Source: Dictyostelium discoideum
Taxonomy: Eukaryota
NCBI GenBank assembly: GCA_000004695.1
Contig: CM000154.2
Coordinates: 192,001 to 256,000, forward strand
DNA length: 64,000 bases
Direction: 5' to 3'
A model generated the notes under the pieces. The model made no database searches. It was not told where the DNA came from and saw only the letters and a list, made by a program, of their open reading frames with translations. Below are positions 51,978 to 62,799 of this stretch, piece by piece. Within the stretch, counting starts at the first letter, position 1, and every line of letters begins with the position of its first letter. Both the position numbers and the translations under genes were made by a program.

Positions 51978-53846
51978 AATAATAATCAAGAAATAATACT
52001 TGATAATTGTTTTAATTTAATTGAGTTATTTAAAGAATCAACTATGGATTATAATGAAGAATATATAAATGAATATAAAAATGAAATTGAAAATAGCATT
52101 GGTAATCAAGCATTAATAAATACAATTTCAAAATTAAATCATAATAATATTAAAAAACAATCAATAATGAATCAATATAATTCAGTAATAGATTATGTAA
52201 ATAATCAAGATCATAGTTTTGATTCAAATTTATTCTATGAACAATTATACACAAAGGGTCATTTAACTCATACATCTCCAAAAATGAGAAAAGGTTTCAC
52301 ACCAATTCAAGTTTTAAATTACTCTTCTGAATTATCAAATTTTGTTAATTTACATTTCATTGCAATTAAAAAACAATATTCATTATCATCCTCTTCATCA
52401 TTAAAAATACAAAATACTAATAATAATTCAAATTATTTAAAAGATGATGATGATGATGATAATGATGAATATTTATTCAAATATTATCCAAATTCAAAGA
52501 AATCAATAATTGAATATATGAATAAAGTTTCAATCAATTTTAATGATTATAACTATCATTTAATTCATCCATGGCAAATTGAAAATATTATCCCAACACT
52601 ATTTAAAAATGAATTATCTCAATCAATTGTAGTTTTAATTCCAATTGAAATTGCATCAGTTTGTTCAAAGCCATTAATATCTTTAAGAACTGCTGTTATT
52701 TTCCCTGAATTAAGTGATGATAAATTAATGCCACATATAAAAGTACCAATAAGTATTAATATAACATGTGCTCTTAGAACAATATCATCACAATCAGCAA
52801 ATAACGGTCCAATATTTAGTGAAATCATTAGAGATATCTATAAAAGAGAGTATCAATCATTCTTTGGTAATGAAATTAATTTTCTATCGGAAACTTATGG
52901 TTGTTGGTTCAATCCATTGGATATTAATGATAAATCTATTAAACATAAATCAATTACAAATATTTGGAGAGAAAATCCAAATATTTTACTTGAAAATATA
53001 AACAATAACAATAATAAGAATAATAACAATCTAAAATATAAAGATCATTATAAACAACAAGTAATAGTTTCATGTTCATTATATTCCATCTCTCCAATCA
53101 CTAATAAATTAATCTTGTTTGAATTAATTGATGGATTTATAGAAAATAAACAAAAAGAAAAACAATTTATTGTTCAAAACAATAGTAACAATAATATTAA
53201 TAATAATTATAATAATGATAACAACAATAGCAAAGAATTAGTATTCAATTGGTTCAATTCATATATAAGTAAACTATTGACAGTAACAATTGTATTAATG
53301 AGTAAATATGGTATTGGATTAGAAGCACATTTACAAAATACATTATGGATTATTGATAGTGAAACTTTTGAACCTGTAAAATTAATTTGTAAAGATTGGG
53401 CTGGTTCACGTTTAAATTTAAAGAGATTATCTTCTCAATCAATTCAATATAATTATAAAGAAGGTTCTATCACTATTTGTGGCGGTGGTGAAGTTGATGA
53501 ATCTATAGAAATGTATAATAAAGTACAACATTCTGTTTTTAATAGTAATATTGGTGAACTAATATTATCAATTTCTAAATATTACAATATTATGGAAATC
53601 GAAATGTGGAAATCTGTATCTTTGATTTGTAAATCCATTTTTAATAAATTAAAATTGCAACACCTACAACAAAAACAAGAACAACAACACGAAAAAGATG
53701 ATCACTTTTTAAAACAACTACAACATGATGAAAATGTATTATTTTCAAAAAATATTGATGTAAAATCATTAACAAAAATGCGTTTACAAACTGATAATAA
53801 AGAAAATATTACAACTTCAATTATTAATCCATTATACAATTTATAA
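51540..53846 (+). CDS. IucA/IucC-family (NRPS-independent siderophore synthetase-like) protein, 768 aa, intronless, with an inserted 36-residue poly-Asn tract
   Basis: Motifs I associate with IucA/IucC synthetases: LTHTSPKMRKGFT (GHPxH..K.R.G region), LIHPWQIEN (HPWQ), ISLRTAVIF (SxRT), GLEAHLQNTLWI (EAHGQN). The (AAT)n tract 51893-52010 encodes the poly-N run. Confidence 0.6.
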
Positions 53847-54330
53847 ATATTAAATAATAATAATAAAAATTTAGAAAAAAAAAAAATAATAATAATAGTA
53901 AATAATTAAATAATTAATAATAAAATAATGAATTAATTAAATAACTAAATAAAAAAAACAAAATAATAATTAAATAGATAAAAAAAATAGTATTTCATTG
54001 CTCCGGGCTCGATACCCCAAAAATAATTAAAAAAAAAATAATAATCAAAAATAAATCAGTTCTCTGAAAATAAAAAATAATTAAATAAATAATTAAATAA
54101 TTAAATATTTAAATAATTAAATAAATAAATTTAAAAATAAATAAATAAATAAATGATAGATTTTCTAAAATTTGATTACTTTTTTTTAAAAATCATTTAA
54201 GAAAATTCAATAATGATTGTTTTTTTTTAAATGAAGTTCTGGTGGTTCGTCTAAAAAAAAAACATTTTAAAATAAAAAAAAATAAAAAAAAAATGATTTT
54301 TTATTTTTTTTAATTTTTTTTTTTTAAAAA

Positions 54331-54361
<31 letters not shown>

Positions 54362-54454
54362 CCCAAACTAATTTTTTTTTTTTCTTTTATTTTTAATTTA
54401 TTCCCTTAATTGTATTTATATCTTTTAAATTTTTTTTAAATAAAAAAATAAAAA

Positions 54455-54672
54455 ATGTCAGAAGTCGAAAAGAAAGAAGAAGAAACCACCACCACTACCA
54501 CTGTCGAAAAGACTGAGGAAAAGAAAGAAGAAACCTCTTCATTTGCCCCAGCCGCTGAAATAAAAGAATATGCTGCCGATGTTGAACCAAACGTTGAATA
54601 TGAAGCAACCCTTAAAAGAGATGTTGTTGAAGTTAAAACCAACGAAGAAAACGAAGATACTTTATTTGAAAT
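54455..54672 (+). CDS. ranbp1: Ran-binding protein 1, exon 1 (acidic N-terminus)
   Basis: ATG 54455; donor GAA AT|GTAAAT at 54673. Confidence 0.65.
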
Positions 54673-54800
54673 GTAAATATCTAATAAACATTAAAAAAAA
54701 AATAAAAAAAAAAATAAAAATAAAAAAATAAAAAAAACACACACTTAACGTCAAAATACTAATATTAATTTTATTTTATTTTATATCATAACTATTATAG

Positions 54801-55093
54801 CCGTGCAAAATTATACAGATTTGATACAGACCCATCACCACAATGGAAAGAAAGAGGTACTGGTAATGTTAGATTCTTAGAAGATAAAGATTCAAAGAGA
54901 ATCAGAGTTGTCATGAGAAGAGACAAAACATTAAAAGTTTGTTTAAATCATCACATCTCACCAGCTTTATCATTAGGTGAAATGACTGGTAGTGATAAAT
55001 CATGGGTTTGGAAATGTCCAAAGGATTTCTCAGATGAAGAAAAACCAGAAGGTGTTGAAGAGTTATTTGCAATTAGATTCGCCACCCCAGAAA
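54801..55093 (+). CDS. ranbp1: Ran-binding protein 1, exon 2 (Ran-binding domain)
   Basis: Acceptor ttatag at 54799-54800, phase 2. KLYRFDTDPSPQWKERGTGNVRFLEDKDSKRIRVVMRRDKTLKVCLNHHI...KSWVWKC...LFAIRFATPE is a canonical RanBD. Donor GAA A|GTATGT at 55094. Confidence 0.7.
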
Positions 55094-55258
55094 GTATGTT
55101 TTTTTTTTTTTTTCTTTTCAGTTCCTCATTTTGAAAATGTTCGCAACTCACTCACCTTGTACAATATTTTCTTTCGAAATTATCTTGATATAATTAAACA
55201 AATTGCTAATATTATATTTTTTTATTTTTTTTTTTATTTTTTTTTTTAATAATATTAG

Positions 55259-55332
55259 ATGCTGGACTTTTCAAAACTGAATTCCAAAAATGTCAAGCCA
55301 AAAATGAAGCAATTGAAAAAAAAACTGAATAA
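55259..55332 (+). CDS. ranbp1: Ran-binding protein 1, exon 3 (C-terminus ...NAGLFKTEFQKCQAKNEAIEKKTE*); total 194 aa
   Basis: Acceptor atattag at 55257-55258, phase 1; stop TAA at 55330-55332. Confidence 0.65.
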
Positions 55333-55622
55333 ATAAATAATTAATCCCATCATATATCAAAACCACAAATATAAAACCAAAATTAAAACTGTCCAATCAA
55401 TAAACACAATATAAACCACACTACAAAAAAAAAAAAAAAAAATAATAATGAATTATCAAATTTATTTATTGATTCTTCAATTTTTATAAAAATTAATTTT
55501 TTGTTTTACACTTTGTGATTATTTATTTATTTTATTTTTTTTTTTTTAATTTATTTACAAAGATAGTTTTATTTATTTTTTTTTTTTTTAATTTATAATT
55601 ATTATTATTATTATTATTATTT

Positions 55623-58277
55623 TTAACATCTTTCAAAAACTTTATATAAATTATCAAGAGTTGTAATTTGTATTACAGATCCATCATTTGCAAATTTCTT
55701 TGGTGGTGATAATTTTCTAAAAGCTGGAAAAATTAAATGTTGAATAATCCATTCTTTACCATCTTTTTTAATGAAATTTATATTATTTGTTGTGGTGGTA
55801 GAATTTGTTTGTTGTTGATTATTTACTTGAGTGTCACGTAATTTTAAAAAAGAAGGTTCAATTTTGAAAAAGGAAGAGATTTCTTTAACTATACCAGCAA
55901 AACATTCTTTTTCAAATTCCCATTCAACTTCGGTAGCCAATTTTAATAAAAAGATTGGTAAGTTATCAGTACAAGGTACATAATGATCAAGTACTTGAGG
56001 AATACCAACAAGTTCACCATCTTCATTAATTTCAATTGAGAAATATTCATTTAGTAATTCTTTTTTTGAGATTAACAATTTGGTTAGATAGTCTGCAATC
56101 TTATCTTTTGGACCATCAGATTCCATCCAACCTGATAATGGTGAATCTAATGAAACCAATAACAATGAATAAATTGATAATGATTGACTAAATTTAATAC
56201 TATCGAAATCAGAGAATCTAAGTAATGATAATTGATAAAAAAGTTCCTTTGTTATATTCTCTAAATTGATTAAATAAAGTTTCTTTCCAAATTGTACCAA
56301 TGCATAGGAATGATCTAAACAACCAACAAAAACACAATCATTGAAAAATTCTTTTAACCCATCATGAACATTTGATTGAAATTCTGAGATCAAAGTTTTT
56401 ATACTTGTTAATTCAACTTGTTTATACTTTCTAGTTTTTCTTGGTGTTATAAATGTATGTTCTTGTAATTTTTTAATATCATTCTTTGATGCTGGACTAT
56501 TTGATTTTGTTGTTGCAGTTGTTGTTGTTGTAGTTGTAGTTGTAGTTGTAGATTGTTGTTGTCGTTGTTCTTTTGATTTAATTGGTGTAACACTTGATAA
56601 AGGATTATCAATATCACGTGGTGCTTCATTTTCACTATTATCATTAAAAATTAAATTATCATTAAATTTACCACCAGCACCAGCAGCTCCAGCACTACCA
56701 TCAACATCATCATATCTGCCAATTCCACTACCATCATTATCATCAATACTACTATCATTATTATTATTATAATCCATTGGATTTAAAAATGCATCTAAAG
56801 TTTGACTTTTCGAATCTGATCTAATTTTATCTTTTGCATATTCAATTGGTTCTTTTCTACTAGTTGGATTGTTATTATTATTGGTTGATTTCGTTTGAGT
56901 TGAAGAGGATTGTGAATTTTTTTGTTTCTTTTGTGATGATGAAACGTTATCTTGATCAAAACCAGGTAATAAAATTTGAGTTGAAAAAGTTTTTGAATTT
57001 GAAGAGATACTTAATTCTTGATCAACTTTTTGTTGAATGAATTCAATGATTTGTTCTTCATGTAAAATTTTAACTTCACTCTTTGTTGGATGAATATTAA
57101 CATCAATATTCTTTGGTGGTACTAATAGCCTAATAAACATGAATGGATGAGTTCCTTTTGGTAGATATTTACTATAAACTTGTTCTAGACCAGTTTTTAA
57201 ATTTTTTGAATCAACCAATCTACCATTAATAAATAGAATAAAATTAATTTTCTTTGAATTATAATTTGTACTTGAAAAAAAGCCTTTCATTGTAAAATCT
57301 AATCTATTTAAATTTGAATTTTTAATTTGACTACCACTAATATTATCATCATCATCGTTATTAGGATTGGGATTATTTGGATCAATTGTAATAATTTTTA
57401 ATTCTTTACTTAAATCAGTACCATATAATGAACCTATAACATCTTTTTCTAAAGAATTTTGACCACCACTTGTATGAACCTCAGGAGTTGGGTCGCCTTG
57501 TTTCTTTAGGATAAAAGATACTGTTGGATTATTGATTGCATATTTTTTCATTAATAAAACGATTCTTGAATGTTCATCGACTGTATTCTTTAAGACATTC
57601 TTACGAGAGGGTGTATTGAAAAATAAATCTTCAACAGTGATTTGGGTACCATTTACACCGGCACATGGTTTTGGATCTGATGATTGTTCATTTGGTGAAG
57701 GTGGTGTTAATTTACCATTAAGATAACATGCACGATAGGCACATGGTGAATCAGCGGTTTTAGTTAGAATTTTCAAGTGAGAAACGTGACTTATACTTGA
57801 TAATGCTTCACCACGAAATCCAAATGATTGAATACTTCTTAGATCTTCAAATTTAGTTAATTTACTTGTGGTGAAACGTTCACAAACAATGCCCATATCC
57901 TCCAATCTAATACCAGAACCATTGTCTTGAATTTGTAAGAATTTCATACCACCATCTTTAACTGTAACTGTAATAGTTGTTGATTTTGCATCTAAACAAT
58001 TCTCTAATAATTCTTTTAATGCATTACTTGGTCTTTGTATAACTTCACCTGCTGATATTTTATTTACAACTTCTTGAGTTAATCTATGAATCTTTTTTTT
58101 ACTTTCATTTATTAAATTATTTAAATTTGTTGTTGTTGTTGTTGTTGTTGTTGTTGCTGTATTTGTCGCTGTTGTTGTTGCTGTATTTGTCGCTGTTGTT
58201 GTTGTTGTATTTACTGCTGCTGTTGTCGAATTACTATCTGTTGTTTGTAAAGGTGGTAGCGATTTAAGAAAATCCAT
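55623..58277 (-). CDS. mlh1: DNA mismatch repair protein MLH1 (MutL homolog), 884 aa, single exon
   Basis: IHRLTQEVVNKISAGEVIQRPSNALKELLENCLDAKST...VCERFTTSKL...FGFRGEALSSISHVS is the GHKL ATPase of MutL/MLH1. The C-terminus ...LYKVFERC* is the MLH1-specific tail. Confidence 0.8.
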   Translation of the reverse strand: MDFLKSLPPLQTTDSNSTTAAVNTTTTTATNTATTTATNTATTTTTTTTTNLNNLINESKKKIHRLTQEVVNKISAGEVIQRPSNALKELLENCLDAKSTTITVTVKDGGMKFLQIQDNGSGIRLEDMGIVCERFTTSKLTKFEDLRSIQSFGFRGEALSSISHVSHLKILTKTADSPCAYRACYLNGKLTPPSPNEQSSDPKPCAGVNGTQITVEDLFFNTPSRKNVLKNTVDEHSRIVLLMKKYAINNPTVSFILKKQGDPTPEVHTSGGQNSLEKDVIGSLYGTDLSKELKIITIDPNNPNPNNDDDDNISGSQIKNSNLNRLDFTMKGFFSSTNYNSKKINFILFINGRLVDSKNLKTGLEQVYSKYLPKGTHPFMFIRLLVPPKNIDVNIHPTKSEVKILHEEQIIEFIQQKVDQELSISSNSKTFSTQILLPGFDQDNVSSSQKKQKNSQSSSTQTKSTNNNNNPTSRKEPIEYAKDKIRSDSKSQTLDAFLNPMDYNNNNDSSIDDNDGSGIGRYDDVDGSAGAAGAGGKFNDNLIFNDNSENEAPRDIDNPLSSVTPIKSKEQRQQQSTTTTTTTTTTTATTKSNSPASKNDIKKLQEHTFITPRKTRKYKQVELTSIKTLISEFQSNVHDGLKEFFNDCVFVGCLDHSYALVQFGKKLYLINLENITKELFYQLSLLRFSDFDSIKFSQSLSIYSLLLVSLDSPLSGWMESDGPKDKIADYLTKLLISKKELLNEYFSIEINEDGELVGIPQVLDHYVPCTDNLPIFLLKLATEVEWEFEKECFAGIVKEISSFFKIEPSFLKLRDTQVNNQQQTNSTTTTNNINFIKKDGKEWIIQHLIFPAFRKLSPPKKFANDGSVIQITTLDNLYKVFERC

Positions 58278-58488
58278 ATTATATGTATTATGAAACTATA
58301 CGACTTGGATGAAAATTAAATTTTGAAAAAAAAACATTTTTAATTTTCACTTTTTTTTTTTTTTACTTTTTTTTTTTTTTTTATAAGAATTTGTTTTTTT
58401 TATGAAATAATGAAAATTGAATTTCCCAAACCAAAGAGAAATTAAAAATAAAAAAAAAAAAAATAATTTAAAAAAACAATTTCTTAAA

Positions 58489-58522
<34 letters not shown>

Positions 58523-58769
58523 TTAGTTGTGGAGTGTGTGTATATGTATAAATCGATTTATAAAAAATAAAATATAAAAAAATAAAATAAAAAAAAATAT
58601 AAAAAAAATAAAAATAAAAAAAAAAATAAAATATAAAACATTTTTTTTTTTTTTTTGTTTTTTAAAAAAATAAAATAAAATATAAAACTAATTTTTAAAA
58701 ATCCATTGGGTATTCATACATGGTTTATAAGCCATAAAAAAAAAAAAAAAAAGAAAAATAATAATAATA

Positions 58770-58893
58770 ATGTACACTTACGCAAATATAGTTAGGAGAG
58801 GTAAAAATAGTTCAAAACCTCATAAAGCTTTATCATTACTTGGTATTCTTTTATTTTCAATTGTTGCAATTATATCATTAATACCAATAGCAA
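58770..58893 (+). CDS. Exon 1 (signal anchor) of a second tetraspan membrane protein
   Basis: ATG 58770: MYTYANIVRRGKNSSKPHKALSLLGILLFSIVAIISLIPIA; donor GCA A|GTAAGT at 58894. Confidence 0.45.
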
Positions 58894-58957
58894 GTAAGTA
58901 TAATATATATATTTAAATTTTTAAAACATATTTTTTAATTTTTTTCTTTTTTTCTTT

Positions 58958-58990
<33 letters not shown>

Positions 58991-59028
58991 TTTTATTTTT
59001 TTTTTATTTTAAATTATTAAAAAAATAG

Positions 59029-59747
59029 GTGACGAAAATTGGGTAACATTAAATTTAAAACAAGGTGATAATAAAATTTATAAAGATATACCAAATGTAA
59101 GAATTGAATATTCATTGAAAAGTTTTGTGTACAAGAGTGATAGTAATATTAGTGTTACAGTATATAATGATAATGATCAAGCAATTGAATATAAATTCCC
59201 AATAGAATGTGATTATAATCAAACTTTTAATGAAGAAAACTATAACATTTGTAGTGAAATTAATTTAAAAGAACCATTAAAAGTAATTGATACAGTGATA
59301 TTGATGAATTCAGCAGTCACAGTTTGTAGTATTGGATTTATAATGGTTCAATTGATAATAGAGTACAGAATTTTAAAACAATTAGAATTTCAACATAAAA
59401 AACATTTCAAACTTTGGGCTATAGCATTTAGATTATCATTCATTATACCAACTTTATTTTCAATCATTTCAATGGGTGTATTTTTATCATCATTTCCAAG
59501 TTCTGTCTCTTTAAAATATTCAAAGTTTAATCACGTTTTACAAAATAGTTTCTCCAATACCACCAATACCGGTGGTTGGTCTCATAATGATGGTCTAATT
59601 ACAAATCTATTCACAATGATAATCTCAATATTTGGTTCAATATTATTTTCATTAAGTTTTTATTTTTATTATAAAAAATTAAAAAGAAATTGTTATTATA
59701 ATAATATTGATGGTAATGTTGATGGTTATTCTTTATTATATGTTTAA
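59029..59747 (+). CDS. Exon 2 of the second tetraspan membrane protein (Cys-containing loop, 3 TM, KK tail); same architecture as the 49597-50555 gene
   Basis: Acceptor aaaatag at 59027-59028. Phase 1 is in frame with ORF 59115..59747, whose 'M' is TTG. Confidence 0.45.
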
Positions 59748-59847
59748 AAAAAAATAATTAAAAAAATAAAAATAAAATAAATAAAAAATAAAAAAATAAA
59801 ATAGTTATATTTAAAAATTAAATTTTATTTATTTATTTTATTTATGG

Positions 59848-61437
59848 CTAATTATCACTATCAGAATCATTATTATTATTATTATTTTCTTGTTCTTTTG
59901 TTATTGGTTTTTTAGCAGATTGAATTTTATTTCTATAGTTTGAAAGATTATTACGATTATCTTTTTTAACATTCTTTTTAGCAGATTTCTTTTTCTTTAA
60001 TTTTCCTAAACCATCTTCATCATCTTCATCATCTTCATCATCTTCTAAATTTAATAATGATAAATCCAATAATTTACCATTATCACCTAAATAGACAGTA
60101 TCGACTCTTGTTTTTAAAATTCTACAAGATTCACCAATCATTGAACTACATGAACATTTCTCACCTGTATGACTGTAGGAACCTAATTTATTGTCACAAT
60201 TTGGACAAACCACTTTGAAATTGTTTTTGGTGATATCAACTTTCATCCAATCCAAAGGTGGTAAAAAGAATGATTTACAACCGATGGAATGAGTTGCAGT
60301 TATATAACTATTGCCATTGTAAATACCTTCACCAATGTTACCAGTAGCTTGTTGCAATTCCTTATTCTTTTGTTTAATATAATTATGATCCAATACCTTT
60401 GATTTCTCTTCATGCGAAATGATCTCACCATGTGTAAATAATTTTGATCTACATTTTTTACATGAATAATGAATATTCTCTTGTTGATCCTTTGTTAATT
60501 TTGAAATATTTTTATTAATTTTTTTAATTGTTTTTGATTCTTCATCTTCATCACTCTCTTCTTCTTCTTCTTCTTCTTCATCACTCTCTTCATCATCATC
60601 ATCATTATCATCTGAATTAATTTCATCATCCATTAATAAATTTAATTCTTTTTGTTGTTGTTTAATTGATTTTTTATTAAGTTTTTCAATTTCTTTTGAT
60701 GATTTAGTAGTGGTAGTAGTAGTGGTAGTGGTAGTAGTTTCTAAATTATTATTATTATTATTCTTTCCTTTACCTTTTGATGCTTTTTTTTTATCAATTG
60801 ATTTTTCTTCATTCTTTTCTTCAGTTTTTTCTACACTATTTTCTACACTATTTTCTTCACTATTTTCTGTTGTTGTTGTTGTTGTTGAATCTAAAGAAAG
60901 TGAATAAAATCTTTTAGAATTTTCTTTAATTTGTTTTGATAAATCTTTAACAGACATATTTAAAGAAGTTGCAGCAATATCTAAAACAAATGGAAGATTT
61001 GAAGGTTCATTTCTTGATTCACGAACATGTTGATCTGGTATATTTTGTGGAGTATTATTTGGTGAATCAGATACCAATAAAATTCTATCCAATGGTACTT
61101 TAGTAATGAAATCTCTTAATTGGTCACCTTTATCCGATTGTTCACAAAGTAAACCATTGAAACTGATATAGAAATCCATATCGACGAATTTCTGTAAGAA
61201 ACTACTACTACTATTGAAACAATAGATCATACCACGAATAATATCTTTTTTACTATCTTTTAAAACTTCTAATAATCCATCACCACCTCCAAAATCTTGT
61301 AAAACAACTGGTAATCCCAATTCAGCTGCTAATGAAATTTGTGCTTTCATAAACTTTTCTTGTGGGAATTTTAATCCATAATCTCTTTCATAATCTAATC
61401 CTGTATAAATACCAACAACATTTTGATTAATTGAATG
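59848..61437 (-). CDS. TatD-family hydrolase exon 2: rest of the TatD fold, a long acidic low-complexity linker and a C-terminal Mss4-like zinc ribbon (CKKC ... CPNC); total about 670 aa
   Basis: Acceptor ttttttag at 61439/61438. Phase 0 gives ...QLKT-HSINQNVVGIYTGLDYERDYG... (compare TATDN1 VVAIGECGLDFDR), in frame with ORF 59848..61350. Confidence 0.6.
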   Translation of the reverse strand, partial: HSINQNVVGIYTGLDYERDYGLKFPQEKFMKAQISLAAELGLPVVLQDFGGGDGLLEVLKDSKKDIIRGMIYCFNSSSSFLQKFVDMDFYISFNGLLCEQSDKGDQLRDFITKVPLDRILLVSDSPNNTPQNIPDQHVRESRNEPSNLPFVLDIAATSLNMSVKDLSKQIKENSKRFYSLSLDSTTTTTTENSEENSVENSVEKTEEKNEEKSIDKKKASKGKGKNNNNNNLETTTTTTTTTTTKSSKEIEKLNKKSIKQQQKELNLLMDDEINSDDNDDDDEESDEEEEEEEESDEDEESKTIKKINKNISKLTKDQQENIHYSCKKCRSKLFTHGEIISHEEKSKVLDHNYIKQKNKELQQATGNIGEGIYNGNSYITATHSIGCKSFFLPPLDWMKVDITKNNFKVVCPNCDNKLGSYSHTGEKCSCSSMIGESCRILKTRVDTVYLGDNGKLLDLSLLNLEDDEDDEDDEDGLGKLKKKKSAKKNVKKDNRNNLSNYRNKIQSAKKPITKEQENNNNNNDSDSDN

Positions 61438-61493
61438 CTAAAAAATCATAAAAAAACAATAATAATAATAATAATAATAATAAAAGGTTAATA

Positions 61494-61534
<41 letters not shown>

Positions 61535-61550
61535 AAAATTATATACATAC

Positions 61551-61973
61551 AGTTTTTAATTGATTAATTAATTGTAAAAATAATTTATCACTCATTTTTT
61601 TTGAACTAATATTTGATGGATGAATACCAACTACACTATAGATAGTACCAGGATTTGAAATTGAAGTTTTAATTGAATTTTCAGATTTTTCAAAATCATT
61701 GGTAATGATAACGATTGCATCTACATGTTGTTGTTTTGCTCTATGAATTACACGACCTAAATCATTCTCTAAATGTCTATTGACCAAGTTTGCACCTGAA
61801 TCAATGATTGAATTTTCGTGTCCTGAATCGTTGAATTCTGGTATTGGTTTGGTTCTACCAAGTGCCTCTTCTTGAACTTGTGATGAGCTTTGTTTCTTAT
61901 CTTTACCAGTTTTTCTTAAACTTGTTTTTTTACCTTCTCTATTACCTGCTCTATCAACTGTACCTCTAAACAT
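61551..61973 (-). CDS. TatD-family (TATDN1-like) hydrolase, exon 1
   Basis: ATG 61973. ...IIDSGANLVNRHLENDLGRVIHRAKQQHVDAIVIITND...YSVVGIHPSNI is a TatD N-terminal half lacking the HxH motif. Donor ACT|GTATGT at 61550/61549. Confidence 0.6.
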
Positions 61974-62294
61974 TTTTTATTATTATTCGTCGTATTTATT
62001 TTTGAACAACAAAAAAAAAAAAAATAAAAAATAAAAAATAAAAAATGAAAAAAAAAAAAAAAAAAATAAAAAAAAAAAAAAAATAAAAATAAAAATAAAT
62101 TTTTTTTGTGCTTTGAAAAAAAAAAAATAAATAAAAATAAAATGTTCCATTAAAGGCAATAAAACCTAATGAAATTGGGACAAATGTTTTTTAAAAATCT
62201 ATAAATTGATCGAATGAGATAATATATTTAAGAATTCTGAAAAAACAAAAAAAAACTTTTTTAATGGAAGGGATTTTTAATCAGTTTAAAAATG

Positions 62295-62326
<32 letters not shown>

Positions 62327-62685
62327 TACCCTGTTTTTAAATATTTTAGTATTTAAAATTAAATAAATAAAGAAAATAATAAAATTGTAATTGATTAGAT
62401 TATTTGGTCGAATGAGATTAGATTTGGAAGCTCTGATTCTGAGATACAATTAATATAATATTTATCCATTAAAGGAAATAAACAGTAATTATAATAAGAA
62501 AAATAATGATTAACAATTAAACAATAATTAATTTATTTAGTTTTATATATCTTAGAGTTTTCTTTCGAAACTTCTGGGTCGAAAATAACTATAACTCGAA
62601 GACTATAAAAAAATAAAAAAAAATTAAGTTTGTTTTGACACTCTTTACATTATTCATATAATATTAATTGTTCTTTTAAAGAACT

Positions 62686-62696
62686 GGAATCGAACC
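62686..62696 (-). promoter_or_regulatory. External B box (exB) downstream of the tRNA gene, a Dictyostelium-specific feature
   Basis: GGTTCGATTCC on the minus strand, about 30 bp 3' of the tRNA. It is a perfect B-box consensus, whereas the internal T-loop is atypical. The flanks do not fold into a second tRNA. Confidence 0.5.
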
Positions 62697-62720
62697 TACG
62701 TTCAATGAAAACCCGATCGG

Positions 62721-62726
62721 AAAAAA
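62721..62726 (-). terminator. Pol III terminator (T6) immediately 3' of the tRNA-Ala gene
   Basis: TTTTTT on the minus strand directly after the discriminator base. Confidence 0.6.
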
Positions 62727-62799
62727 TGGAGAAGAAGGGTATCGATCCCTTTACCTCTCGCATGCTAAGCGAGCGCTCTACCATCTGAGCTACATCCCC
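62727..62799 (-). tRNA. tRNA-Ala (anticodon AGC), 73 nt, no intron
   Basis: Minus strand GGGGATGTAGCTCAGATGGTAGAGCGCTCGCTTAGCATGCGAGAGGTAAAGGGATCGATACCCTTCTTCTCCA. Cloverleaf is complete: G3:U70 Ala identity pair, D stem GCTC/GAGC, anticodon loop TTAGCAT, T stem AAGGG/CCCTT. Unusual points: A54 in the T loop and a U6:U67 mismatch. Confidence 0.7.

Noticed and set aside
62660-62700. Possible second tRNA downstream of tRNA-Ala (GGTTCGATTCC T-arm-like sequence)
   Set aside because: The flanks cannot form a T stem (GTAGG versus CCAGT), acceptor stem or anticodon arm. It is better explained as the Dictyostelium external B box.
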